Shown: in pieces, positions 52,676 to 63,117 of the stretch
How positions within the stretch are numbered: position 1 is the stretch's first letter
Layout of the letters: every line of letters begins with the position of its first letter
Assembly (NCBI GenBank): GCA_963726195.1
Contig: CAVSBO010000003.1
Location: forward strand, 800,001 to 864,000
Origin: Candidatus Thorarchaeota archaeon
GTDB lineage: Archaea > Asgardarchaeota > Thorarchaeia > Thorarchaeales > Thorarchaeaceae
DNA: 64,000 bases
Reading direction: 5' to 3'
Notes under the pieces: generated by a model
The model's input: the letters and a program-made list of their open reading frames with translations, nothing else
The model's database searches: none
Told to the model about the DNA's origin: nothing
Made by a program: the position numbers and the translations under genes

Positions 52676-52948
52676 ATGGCAAGTGTATCTAACAAGCGAG
52701 AGCATATTCTCCAGAGTACACTGTTTCACATACAAGTCAATCAGTGTCAATACATCGACAATTTCCCTGAAGCGGTCACGTCAGTCCTCGACGACATGAT
52801 CCATAAGAAGAAGATACGGGACTTCGACGTGGTGAAGAAGAGACTGTACAGAATCAACACGAGCTTCTTCGAAATCAACAAGCAGAAAGTCAGCAAGAAG
52901 GATTTCTTCGAGGGTCTGTTCAGGCGAGTCTCTGGCAGAAGGAACTAA
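52676..52948 (+). CDS. Small basic hypothetical protein
   Basis: 90 aa ORF filling the intergenic space. Confidence 0.45.
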   Translation: MASVSNKREHILQSTLFHIQVNQCQYIDNFPEAVTSVLDDMIHKKKIRDFDVVKKRLYRINTSFFEINKQKVSKKDFFEGLFRRVSGRRN

Positions 52949-53020
52949 AGAGAAAGAATCTCAGAATCTGCCTTGCCGGAAGGTCAGAGGACCCTGCTCC
53001 AGCAGTCTCGCGGTACAGTT

Positions 53021-54226
53021 CTACACGGGTTCTGAAATCTCGAAAGTAATGATGAAGTTTGCTCCAGAGGACACCTTCCCGGACACCCGATCTTGAACCT
53101 CAATTCTCGCGCCGTATTTGTGAACCATCTGTGCGACAAGTGCGAGACCCACGCCTCCAAAACGTTTGGCCCGGTCAAATAGCGACTTCTTCTTCTCGCC
53201 ACTGATGCCAGGTCCATTGTCGGCTATAGAGAGCCTGAACCACTGTCCTTCTCTCTGCCCCGAAACCCACACTTGCTTGTCTTCCTTGGTGTTATGCCCA
53301 GCAGCATTCTCTAGAACGTTCCACAACAGCTCGCCAAGAAGAGAATCTGCCTTGACCCTCACGGGGGAGTCAAAGCCCTCAACGTGCACCTTGGCTTCAT
53401 AGACTCGCTCAAGAACCCCTATCTTCTCTTTTATTGCACTTGACAAGTCAACACTCGCATTAGGGATTCCCCTAATCTGACCTGCACGCTTTGTCTTGGT
53501 TATCAGTCGATTGCAGCGTTCCACAGCGTCGAGGATGTCATGCCTTGCGTCGTCGATGTATGATGGTGGCAGGTTCTGTTCAAGCAATCCTGCTGACATC
53601 ATTATGACCTGTAACTGGTTTGCTATGTCGTGCGTAATCAGATCAAGGTAGAACTGGACTGTTTCCTCTGCATCCTTTTGTTCTGATATTTCCGTGATAA
53701 CAGCGAACGAACCGACAAACTTGCCCTTAGAGTCGAAGTATGGTGCGGCCGCTATGATAGTTGGTACAACCTCTCCCCTGCGGTTCACCCATTCCATCTC
53801 GTATCTCTCGGACTTGCCATCTTTGCGATTGCGAATTCTATCCTTAGCCATCTTGTGGTCCTTTTTCGTCGTTAACTCGACCCAGTTCTTTCCAACAAGC
53901 TCCGAGGGAGAGTAACCGAGCATTTTAGCGAAAGCATCGTTGGCATAGACTATCCTTTCATTCTCATCATCTATAGCCAACCCTTCTCTCATAGTCTCTA
54001 TCAACAGACGGTATACAGACTCTGCATTCGCAAGTATTCCCTTGCCCGAGTCCTGGCCTGTGGCATCCTTGGATTTTACCAAAGTCAGCTTCGCCTCGCG
54101 AGAGTCTGCACATTCATGATGGACCCGAAACACACGTCCTAATCTTGTCTCGGGAAATGGGCTAATTGAGGTTATGCTGTTCGTCTTACAATTCGGCCAC
54201 TGTTTGACCATGAGAAACACCAGCAA
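53021..54226 (-). CDS. PAS-domain sensor histidine kinase (true start probably ~54080)
   Basis: PAS (YANDAF..GY..ELVG), H-box HDIANQL, N-box NVLENA, DNGPGI, GGVGL. Confidence 0.9.
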   Translation of the reverse strand: MLVFLMVKQWPNCKTNSITSISPFPETRLGRVFRVHHECADSREAKLTLVKSKDATGQDSGKGILANAESVYRLLIETMREGLAIDDENERIVYANDAFAKMLGYSPSELVGKNWVELTTKKDHKMAKDRIRNRKDGKSERYEMEWVNRRGEVVPTIIAAAPYFDSKGKFVGSFAVITEISEQKDAEETVQFYLDLITHDIANQLQVIMMSAGLLEQNLPPSYIDDARHDILDAVERCNRLITKTKRAGQIRGIPNASVDLSSAIKEKIGVLERVYEAKVHVEGFDSPVRVKADSLLGELLWNVLENAAGHNTKEDKQVWVSGQREGQWFRLSIADNGPGISGEKKKSLFDRAKRFGGVGLALVAQMVHKYGARIEVQDRVSGKVSSGANFIITFEISEPV

Positions 54227-54262
54227 ACCAAAGGACCTTAAACCAAGGTCAGAAGTTGCCTA

Positions 54263-54973
54263 GTGATGCACTCATCAGAATCGAATACCGACAGACGATT
54301 GAGAATCAGCCATGGTCGCACTTGCAATTGCCCTCCGAATCACATCAACTGCCTGTCGGCCAAAGAGTGGATTCAGCATCAGATTGCTGTATGGGAGTTC
54401 TACTACGAGGCACGGGATGTGAGGGACAAGAACATTCATCCAGCGACCTATCCCATAGCACTTCCGTCAAAGTGCATATCTCTGTTCACTCATAAGGGTG
54501 AACTGGTGCTGGACCCATTCGTCGGTGTGGGAACAACACTCGTCGCAGCCAGAGACCTCGCACGCAACGCAGTCGGGTTCGACCTAAAGGCGGACTATGT
54601 CGATTTCTCCAACAAGCGGCTGAGCTCTATGTCGGACAATGAGACAACGCAGATTGCATTGTGCGATGACGCTCATAACATACCTTCGTACCTTGAGGAG
54701 GAAACTGTTGCCGTCTGTGTGACATCTCCGCCCTATGCAAACCTCCTGAATCGCCGCAGACAGAACAAGAGTATGAGGGGCAATCTCAGGAAGGATGAAT
54801 ACTATCTCAAGGTACAGCAGTATTCTGACGATCCGAGGGATTTGGGCACCATGGATGCCGAGCCCTATGCGAAAACGCTAGGTGAAATCTTCGGTGGCAT
54901 TCTTCCTTTAATGCGACATAGAGCACACTGTCTTGTCAACATAACTGACTACTGGTGGGAAGACAGAAGGGTT
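54263..54973 (+). pseudogene. DNA methyltransferase (N4-C/N6-A, SPPY), 5' part, interrupted by IS607-like element
   Basis: HPATYP, VLDPFVGVGTT, TSPPY; frame runs into the element after YWWEDRRV. Confidence 0.92.
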
Positions 54974-54989
54974 GACAACAGCTGCCTAG

Positions 54990-55009
54990 AAGTTGGACAA
55001 TCTTGGACA
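54990..55009 (+). repeat. Left subterminal inverted repeat (2 x TTGGACA)
   Basis: AAGTTGGACAATCTTGGACA; 19/20 match to the reverse complement of 63088-63107. Confidence 0.9.
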
Positions 55010-55048
55010 CCACAGAACTGAAGAGCCGCAGCGCGACTGACACGATGC

Positions 55049-55675
55049 ATGTTGAGTGTGTCAGCAGCTGCGGTCAGGGTTGGGGTCTGTGCAAAAACCA
55101 TCCGACGGTGGGACGACAGGGGTCTTCTCCGATGTTTCAGGACCCGAGGTGGTCACAGACGAGTGCCTCAGTCAGAAATTGAACGAGTCATCTCAGAAAG
55201 GGAGCCGAGAGCAGATTCTCATATGACCTGCTCAAGAGCAACAATCGTGTACGCACGAGTATCGTCCCACGGGCAGAAGGCCTCAGGTGACCTTGACAGA
55301 CAGGTCGGCGAACTGCTCGCAAGTTCTGGCGAGGCATCTCCTCTTGTCCTCCCTGACGTCGGCTCCGGACTCAACATGAGGCGCAGGGGTCTATGGCAGC
55401 TGATACATGCTGCAGAGAGAGGACTCGTCAACCGGGTGATTGTCACTCACAGGGACAGACTGGCCCGCTTCGGGACCGAATTGATTGAGCATATCCTCTG
55501 CCTCCATGGCGTGGCCGTCAATGTCCTTCACGAGAACCGGGACATGACTCCTCAGGAAGAAGTGGTCGCCGATCTGATAGCACTAATTGCATCGTTCTCC
55601 GGACGTATCTATGGGCTTAGAGGTGCCATCCTCAGGGCCACAAGAGACCCGCTCAGACAAAGTTCTACTTCTTGA
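55049..55675 (+). CDS. tnpA: IS607-family serine transposase
   Basis: MerR-like HTH (GVCAKTIRRWD..TRGGHRR), YARVSS, GSGLN, DRLARFG, SFSGRIYG. Confidence 0.95.
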   Translation: MLSVSAAAVRVGVCAKTIRRWDDRGLLRCFRTRGGHRRVPQSEIERVISEREPRADSHMTCSRATIVYARVSSHGQKASGDLDRQVGELLASSGEASPLVLPDVGSGLNMRRRGLWQLIHAAERGLVNRVIVTHRDRLARFGTELIEHILCLHGVAVNVLHENRDMTPQEEVVADLIALIASFSGRIYGLRGAILRATRDPLRQSSTS

Positions 55676-55694
55676 AAAGGGACGCGGTCCTCCT

Positions 55695-55729
55695 CACGAT
55701 TTCTCTCCAGCCCCGGTGGAGAGACCGTG
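55695..55729. terminator. Hairpin between convergent tnpA and cargo genes
   Basis: CACG..TCTCTCCA-N7-TGGAGAGA..CGTG. Confidence 0.45.
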
Positions 55730-55784
55730 GGCTTCAAGCTGTTTCTCTACTGCGTTTTCGGTTTTTCCGTCTTGAAACCTTGCG

Positions 55785-58700
55785 TCACTCCTGATTTCCA
55801 GAAGCTGCACCCTGTTCATGAGCCTTCCGGACATCTCTAACCACATCAGGGACCTGCTTCCTCAATACCTCGCCAAGGTTCTCAATGCTCTGGAGTCGAG
55901 GCACTATTTCGAGCTCCACAGCCTCTCTTACTTCTCGCACCGCTTGTTGTACACCTTCGCCGAGCAGGATCTTCGGGTCATCATAGAGCATTCCCGATGC
56001 TGTACGAGTTCCATCGGTTTCTTCACTTACCCAATAGATTGCCTGATTCTGAGAATACAAGGTCACTGTCCACGTCGCTGGCTCCTCCGCGAACTCTTCA
56101 TCATGGCGACCAAGGTGTGTTCCAGCATGATTCAGCCAAGATGTCACTCGCCTGATGAACTGCTGTTTGTTCCTTATGGAGAAACCGCTCATCTCGCCCT
56201 CTCTCATGCTTTCCCTTAGCATGTCTACGACTTCCTCGGCATCCTCTTCACTCTCAATCTCTATTGTCCGTGACAGGAGCGGCTCACGTCGACCCTGTCC
56301 GATAGGAAAGACAGCATATGTACAGCTTGTTTCAGACAGGTCAGAGAGCCGTAGTTCACAAGGTGGGCTTCTTGCCGAGTACCCATGTCCCTTGAGTTCT
56401 GACAGGATTCGCTTCCTGAGCGCTCCGTACTCCTCTATTGCATTCATTGGGATCCGGGACGTGATGACATTCAATATCCTCTGGCACTCTTTCTCCGCGC
56501 CGTGGCCGTGCACCAACTCGATTGTCTGGGGAGTTTCCGTAAGGAATAGTCCTGTGATTGTCGACTGTGCTTGCCACTCGACATACTTCGGCTCTGTACA
56601 TGACAGGCCGACCAGCCAAGTCTGTTCTCTCACTCTCAGATAGGTTCCGGGCTCTAGAGGTTTCAATGACAGACCGTTCCTCCGAAGGAACATGCGGACG
56701 TACTGCTCCTCATGATACACCACGCTTTCATCTTCCCCAGAACCCTAGGCATGACGATGGCAAGTCTGTACAATCGCCCTGCATAGACTCTCCCTGGGGC
56801 AAGGAGCCCATTCACAGCTTCTCCGGTCATCGGTCTTCCAAGCTGTCGCTTTACTTGATTAGGACAGTCTGGCGGCAATGATATCCGCCAGCAGGCACCG
56901 TGATCGTACTCCTCACTATAGGGCGATGGGACAGATCGACTGGTCATGTTCAATGCTCACCTTGAGGGTCCCGGCCTCTTCGAAGAACCCGGACACTCGT
57001 GCAGGGAGTTCCTCCACCTCAGTTCGTGCAGCCTTGAAAGTGACATATGGTCCAATGAAATCCAGTTCTCCGTACACGATATCATCGAAGACACTCCAAG
57101 TGACGTACGTGCCCGAGTCTGTGTACATGGGTCCTGAGTTTGTCATAGGCCATCTGAGGAGTGAAATGAGTTCTGCCGTGTATTCCACGTTCACCTCTTG
57201 GAGGATTTCATCATCGCCATCAACGAACCTAACTTGGCAGACATTATTCACCATCTCAAGACGCACACTGACAGATGCTGGTCGCGTGACAGCCTCGATG
57301 TACCTACGCAGAGAGGCTGCCACACGTTGGTAGAACGACTCTGGTAGTTTCGTTCCTTGAGAAGCTTCAGTAACAGAGGGCTTAGTGAAGGACTGTCTTA
57401 TGGCACGGAGATGACGGACTGATGAGTGCCCCTGTTCCACCAGCTCGAGGACTCCCGAGTAGACTCTCTCATGATCGTCCGTTTCCATGCTCCATGTTTC
57501 CAGCCCCTGTTCAGTTGGTCTGAATTCCATTAGGACTTGTGAGGACCCGAGAATCTCGTCGGGTGTCTGTTGTGTTAGTACCTCTTGTTTGGTCTCACTC
57601 CAGAGGAGCCCCTCCTTGTCTGGAGACTTGCTCATGAAGCAACCAATGAGCATGCGGGCCTCATTCTCGGGGTCCTGCATGACAAGCCACCAGGGAAGAG
57701 CAGTCTCATCCTCCGGTAGAAACCTGATTCCAAACGTCAGTCCAGCCGTCGTTCTTTCACTGGAAGTGACAAGCTCCACTGTCTTTGGAGGAAATGCAAC
57801 AATGGTTCCTGGCCTTGTCTTCAACCTATTGGGTGAGCGGTAGAGCCGCTGGGAATTGATTCTACCCAGGGTCGTGGCCACGTACCCCTTGCCGGCCCCT
57901 GTCTCAGGGTGTCGGTAGCGCACAAGGTCAAGGACACTTGGAGTCTTGGCGGGAGGCCCATCAAGAACTCGTACTTCGAAAGTCAGGTCATCAGGGGCTC
58001 CTCTGAACTCATGCATGACTGCGTCGAACCGTTCCTTGATGCTCTCTTTCGAGTCATCTGAGAGCATCTTGTCAGGCCACAGGCAGACAAGCCAAGGGAG
58101 CAAGGTCATCGAGAGGAGCCTTATCCTGCTGCGAGTAGCCTTGTCGGGTACGATGTCGTCCAGCCCTCTCTCCTGCACAACGAGTCCCTTCCCTTGGTTC
58201 TTGAACCGCCTTGACCAGCCCCTCAGCGGAGGTACGAGCACGAGCTCAGTGTTCATGTCTTCGGGAGAATGGCGAACGACTACTCGGATATCATCATGCA
58301 TTGGTGAGTCCCCGATGACTGGCAACCCACATTTCTCAGGCTCGACAGCATTCCTTGGTGCCACAGGTAGGTTCCAGACAATCTCAGTGACGACCTCAGC
58401 AAGAGATGAATTGTCATAGAATGGGAGAAGGGCTCTGGTTGCATATGGGACGGACTTCTCGGAAGAGGGCGTAGGTGCATCGAACCACAGGACCGTCGTC
58501 TTCTTGTTGTCTGGAAGACTGTCCAGAAGCTGGTCCATTACGACCTGTAGTCTATCTCGGTGGCTCTCCGGAGTTGCATCTCGCAGGGTATCTGCCCCCG
58601 TCACGATGACTATTGTGTGGCTATTGATGCCCTTGTCCAGCTCGAACGATGGTATGTCTCCACCCTCATAGAGATATGATAGGATTTCGTCAAGGCGCCC

Positions 58701-60745
58701 TCTAACCTCTATGCCTTGAAAGAACTCTCGAATATGGTCTGGTTGCGTCTTCGCCACCTCGTCATCAGAGTATCCTCTTGGCCTTAGGCGAAGGCGTGCC
58801 TCTGCAAGGTGGGGCTCAGTGAACTGACTTGCAAGGTCAAACCAAACAAACCGTGCACCGAGGTGGCTCTCTTTCATCTCATAGAGCATCTGAAGCCCAT
58901 GATAGTTCCGTGCATTCCAGGCGGCGGACTGGCCTGCAGATGTCGGGGATCTCCCTACAAGATAGAGAATGAATCTTCGTCTGCTCTCTAGGCTCTGCTG
59001 GAACGGGTTGTAGAGTGGTTTCCACGGGACGTCAATAGCCTCTCCCCCCTGCTTCTCAGGAACGACTTGCTCATGAATGATCAGAGCGACTCTGCTATTG
59101 CTTCCTCCAATAGGCCTGATGGCCGTTCTTTGAACTGCTCCACTCATCTTCTTGATGGATTCATAGGCCTTTACCAATAGCCCTTCAATGGTTCGTCTGG
59201 CTTTATTGATATCAGTAATGGACTCGATGACTATCGTTCCTCTTGGCACGTACCTTGGCTCCAGCCCAGTGGCTTCATGGTATCTCTCAGCCAGCGCTTG
59301 TGCATAGACCTCTACTTGTCGCTGTGCAGATGCGCTGGGAGCGGATTTGACAATGGCGTCCCATTCTTTGTCCTCAAGAGTTCGGTCTTCAACGGGTAGC
59401 TCAGCAACAATACGGGGAGGAAGCCCTCTATGCAATCTGGACTCAGATGATTTCTCTTCAGCATCAATATGCCACTGATGCCCCATGCGGGTCTTGATCT
59501 CGCAGACGAATGCTGGTCTCCAGAGGATTTGTTTCCCGTCAGCTGTGATGATCCTCTCTAGAAGTAGAATGTCCACTTTTCCCAACCCGGACTCAGTCAC
59601 TATCGCCAGCTCTGACACAATAGCATACTCAGAGGCCCCTACATACCTATGTCCATTGAAGATGACGTCATTCAGATGCCATGGGCTGGGAAAGAGGTCT
59701 GATATCCTTCTGTGCATTATCGACCCCTTTAGTTTCGCTCGACTGGTTGCCTGCTGTCTGATGTATTCGACATCAGCTTTGGTTAGGCACGGTTCTTCAA
59801 GACCGGGCGTTCTAATGAAACCCCTCTGTGTCAGTCGTTCAAGCTCTTGAAGAGCAGGATGATTGCCATAGAATGTCAGTGCTTCGTCGAGCTGGCTCCG
59901 AAAGAAGTCGAAGGACGTATTGGATGCTCCATGTTCGAAGTCCCCCATCACGCTCTTGGCCGCTTGCATCGTGGGGTGATACCCGGACTCTGAAATCAGC
60001 TCTTTCACTCTTCGAAGAGCAGCGTTCGCCCCCTTTCTGAACTCTGGTCTCCCACACTTGTGCTCTGAGTAGATGTATTCAAGATAAGGTCGTACAAGAA
60101 GGAGAAGGAGATTGCAGTACTTGGTGGTCTCGCTCACAGGCACATCACAGATTGTGCAGTAGGTGGCAAGATACTCACCATGACTCCGAGCAGCATCACC
60201 AAAGTCCATAGAGGGAAGGTCAGGATGCGTGAGCATGACTCGTGGCCCGAAGGAGGACCCCTCGTATCCTGCGACTCTAAACTCTTTTCTGTGAGATCCC
60301 GCTCGCACTGTACGTGTTCCAAATTGAGTGGCATCAGGAAATGGGAACTCTCTCTGTGAGAACTCTCTGAGGGTAGCACCACATGCATTAAACCGCTGGT
60401 TCAGAGGACCCACAGTGCCATCAGGATTCTTCTGTCTGGAGACCTCAGTATGCCCAAATTCAGCAGCCTTCTCATAGAGCATCTTGAGCATGTTGTTCCT
60501 GATTTGAGGTTCAGCCTTGAGAACGGACGAGCAGTCAGGGGTACCTCGTTCCTTGCTCAGAAGATAGACGTGTCGAGTCTCTGCCAAATCTCGTAGGAAC
60601 TCCAGTAATGAGCACAGGTCAGTCTGTTCTTCATGCTACATTGGAGTTTCACCGTCGAGGCAAGCCCTGTCCGCAATGCAGCTGACATGACACGTTCTGG
60701 ATGAACGGGTAGTGGCCGAACAGGACGCCCTCTTGGCCTTGCCAT
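55785..60745 (-). CDS. Giant cargo protein (~1,650 aa if 3 frameshifts are repaired) with RecB/Cas4-like PD-(D/E)XK nuclease
   Basis: Overlapping ORFs 60557-60745, 56916-60587, 56663-56953, 55785-56723; GSIMH, KVDIL, CEIKT, QVEVY motifs. Confidence 0.7.
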
Positions 60746-60955
60746 CTCACTGATAGGATGGCATTGTGATATTTAAGTTCATTTTTTGGAAGTAACAGGC
60801 GCGGAACTCAGGTATCAAGAACTGGCTTGTTTCATAAAATCTGCCCCTTCTTCTTTATCAAACAAAAGGCTAACCTTTTACTCTGGTAATTATACGTCGC
60901 TTGCTTTTGTATGCCCTTATATCCCGACTTCAGCACCAATATGCGGTAGAGGCTG

Positions 60956-63087
60956 ATGAAGAGACAACCCCGGCGTCATCCCCGGGCGCCAAACCATGAC
61001 GTACAACAGGCAAGGCAACAAACAATGGATGATAATTATACGTCCTCTTCATCCACTTACCAAGCCGAGAAGTTCTCTCTCAACTCATATCCTAGAATTG
61101 TCGATCGAAAGGGAAAGAAAAGACGACCTGACCCTTCCTTCTCCGCAACACACAGACCCCCCGTCGAACAAGCACTAAGGGAGCTTGTCAGCGGCAACAA
61201 GTGCTCTGACATCGATATCCAGACACTTGAGCAGCACTTCGACAAGTATCTCAATGCAGTCAATCTCGTACTTGATGAGGTATACTCTGCTTCCGATCGC
61301 GCCCAGCGTGTCGGAGAGCGATTGCGCTCTTCAAGAGGACAAGGCTATGTAGTACTAAGAGAAGAGAACTTTCTAGAATGGAAACCGGACAACAGGTTCG
61401 GACAACTAGTCTATGAGCGAATGTATCGTAATGTCCTTGAGACCGCAGCCCGCATCGTGTTGGCTGACTACACGCGCAGGACACTGGTCAACTCACTAAT
61501 CACGATGCTGGCGAGTGATAGGCAGCAACTCAAGTCGCTCATGGCTCTCAAACGAATCCCTGCTCCTCTTGTCAGAAAGCTGCGAGCGACAGTCGGTGAA
61601 ACATCTGGTTCGTACTATCACTACGCGCTCACGGCATGCAAACAGCTTCGAAGAGCACTCGATGAACACCTCCTTGAGAGCTTCGGCGAGTCCACATCCA
61701 TCCGAAGACTAGCAAGGGACCGAGTTCGCGACCTTCTCGATACTCAATCGTCTGAATCAATCAAGGCCATGAATGCAACACTCAAGAAAGTGCAGAAATG
61801 GCACAAGACCGGTTTTCCATTCACTGCTCCCATTTTCAGACAAACCACCATGGACTTTACTGCATCTACTGAAAACACAACAGGACAAGGGTACTGGTTC
61901 ATGGAGGACTCCGAGCGACAGGACGAGGTTATCCTGTATATCAAGACCCCTCCCGGGGTCACAGGTCGTCAAGCCACGCCTGATTCACCGTACAAGAGCC
62001 AAACTCTTCGATTCAGGTTCCTCGACTGGTTGCCCCGAAAGGCAGCCCGTGCTCACAAAAAGGCAGAGGAGTCGAAAGCTCACGGTCATTTCAGCAGGGC
62101 CGTGGAGTCTGAATATCGTGCTGCACGCTTTGACGATATGACCCAACAGCTGAGGAACAATGTCAGACTGCAGTGCCTGAATAGACAACTTTCTTCTCTG
62201 AAGTCCAGAAAGGACATCGATGGAGAGAGGGTCAATGAACTGAAAGCCCAGATAACGGCGCTCAGACAGACCAGAAGGTGTGCCCCGCCCATCCTCAGTC
62301 TGCGAGGACACACTGCCACACTCATTATTCCCTTCCTATGCCCTGACAAACAGATGCTGAAACGAGTGCTGCCAACAGTCCCAAGGACAGGCAGGGCAGG
62401 AGTCGACCGGGGTCTGAGATATCCGGTGGTCCTCTCAGTAAAGAACGGTGCAAACAGTATGATGAAACAAAGATAGGAAGGCCAGAGTCATTCGAGAGAC
62501 GCGAGAGGCTCAGACAACGTACACGAGTCTTGATGTCACAGATCGTGCGACGACGGAACAACTGGGACAGGAAACGACCGATGCTGTCACCTCCGTCCTC
62601 TATTCTGAAACGGGAGAGAGAGCTGGAGGCAGTGTGGGCCAAGGTCCGACGCATCGACCGAGAAATCTCCCATCAGCTGGCCGCTGAGACCGTCTGGTTC
62701 TGTGAGCATCGTGGTGTCAAGACTGTCTACTTCGAAGACCTACGGTACTTCCAACCACAGGGCGGGTTCAAAACTCATTCATGGGAGCTGTCAACCAACC
62801 TCTGGGGGAAAATCATTGAAGGGGTCCGATATCGCAGACAGGCCCTAGGTCACAAGTACGGTGGAGTATGGACTGTGAACCCAGCCATGACATCCCAGAG
62901 ATGTAGTACCTGTGGTGAGAAAGGAGTGCGCGTCAGAGACAGTGATTCCACAGAGGAGGAGCACGGTGGGGAGTTCTTCTACTGCCCGAGCTGTGACCTC
63001 AAACTGCACGCAGACGTGAACGCGGCCAGAAACATCCTTATGATTCAACAACCCAAGCCCAGTGCCGTTTCTGGGCGGACTGCTTGA
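60956..63087 (+). CDS. Long TnpB/Cas12-like RuvC nuclease (~710 aa), frameshift ~62450
   Basis: RuvC-I GVDRG in ORF 60956-62476; shifted frame QYDETKIGRPES.. joins ORF 62530-63087 with FEDL, TSQRCSTC, CPSC, ADVNAARNI. Confidence 0.88.
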
Positions 63088-63107
63088 TGTCCAAGTTTGT
63101 CCAACTT
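63088..63107 (-). repeat. Right subterminal inverted repeat (2 x TGTCCAA)
   Basis: TGTCCAAGTTTGTCCAACTT immediately after the tnpB-like stop codon. Confidence 0.9.
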
Positions 63108-63117
63108 ACAATGAACG

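Noticed and set aside
48149-54973. Mrr-like nuclease and the methyltransferase as one restriction-modification system
   Set aside because: They are ~5.5 kb apart with unrelated housekeeping genes between them.
54974-55021. C-terminus DNSCLEVGQSWTPQN of the methyltransferase ORF
   Set aside because: It is translated transposon left end; the true C-terminus is at 63118-63294.
54972-55048. IStron (group I intron fused to IS607), since the element sits inside a gene
   Set aside because: Only ~77 bp lie between the left end and tnpA, too short for a group I ribozyme core.
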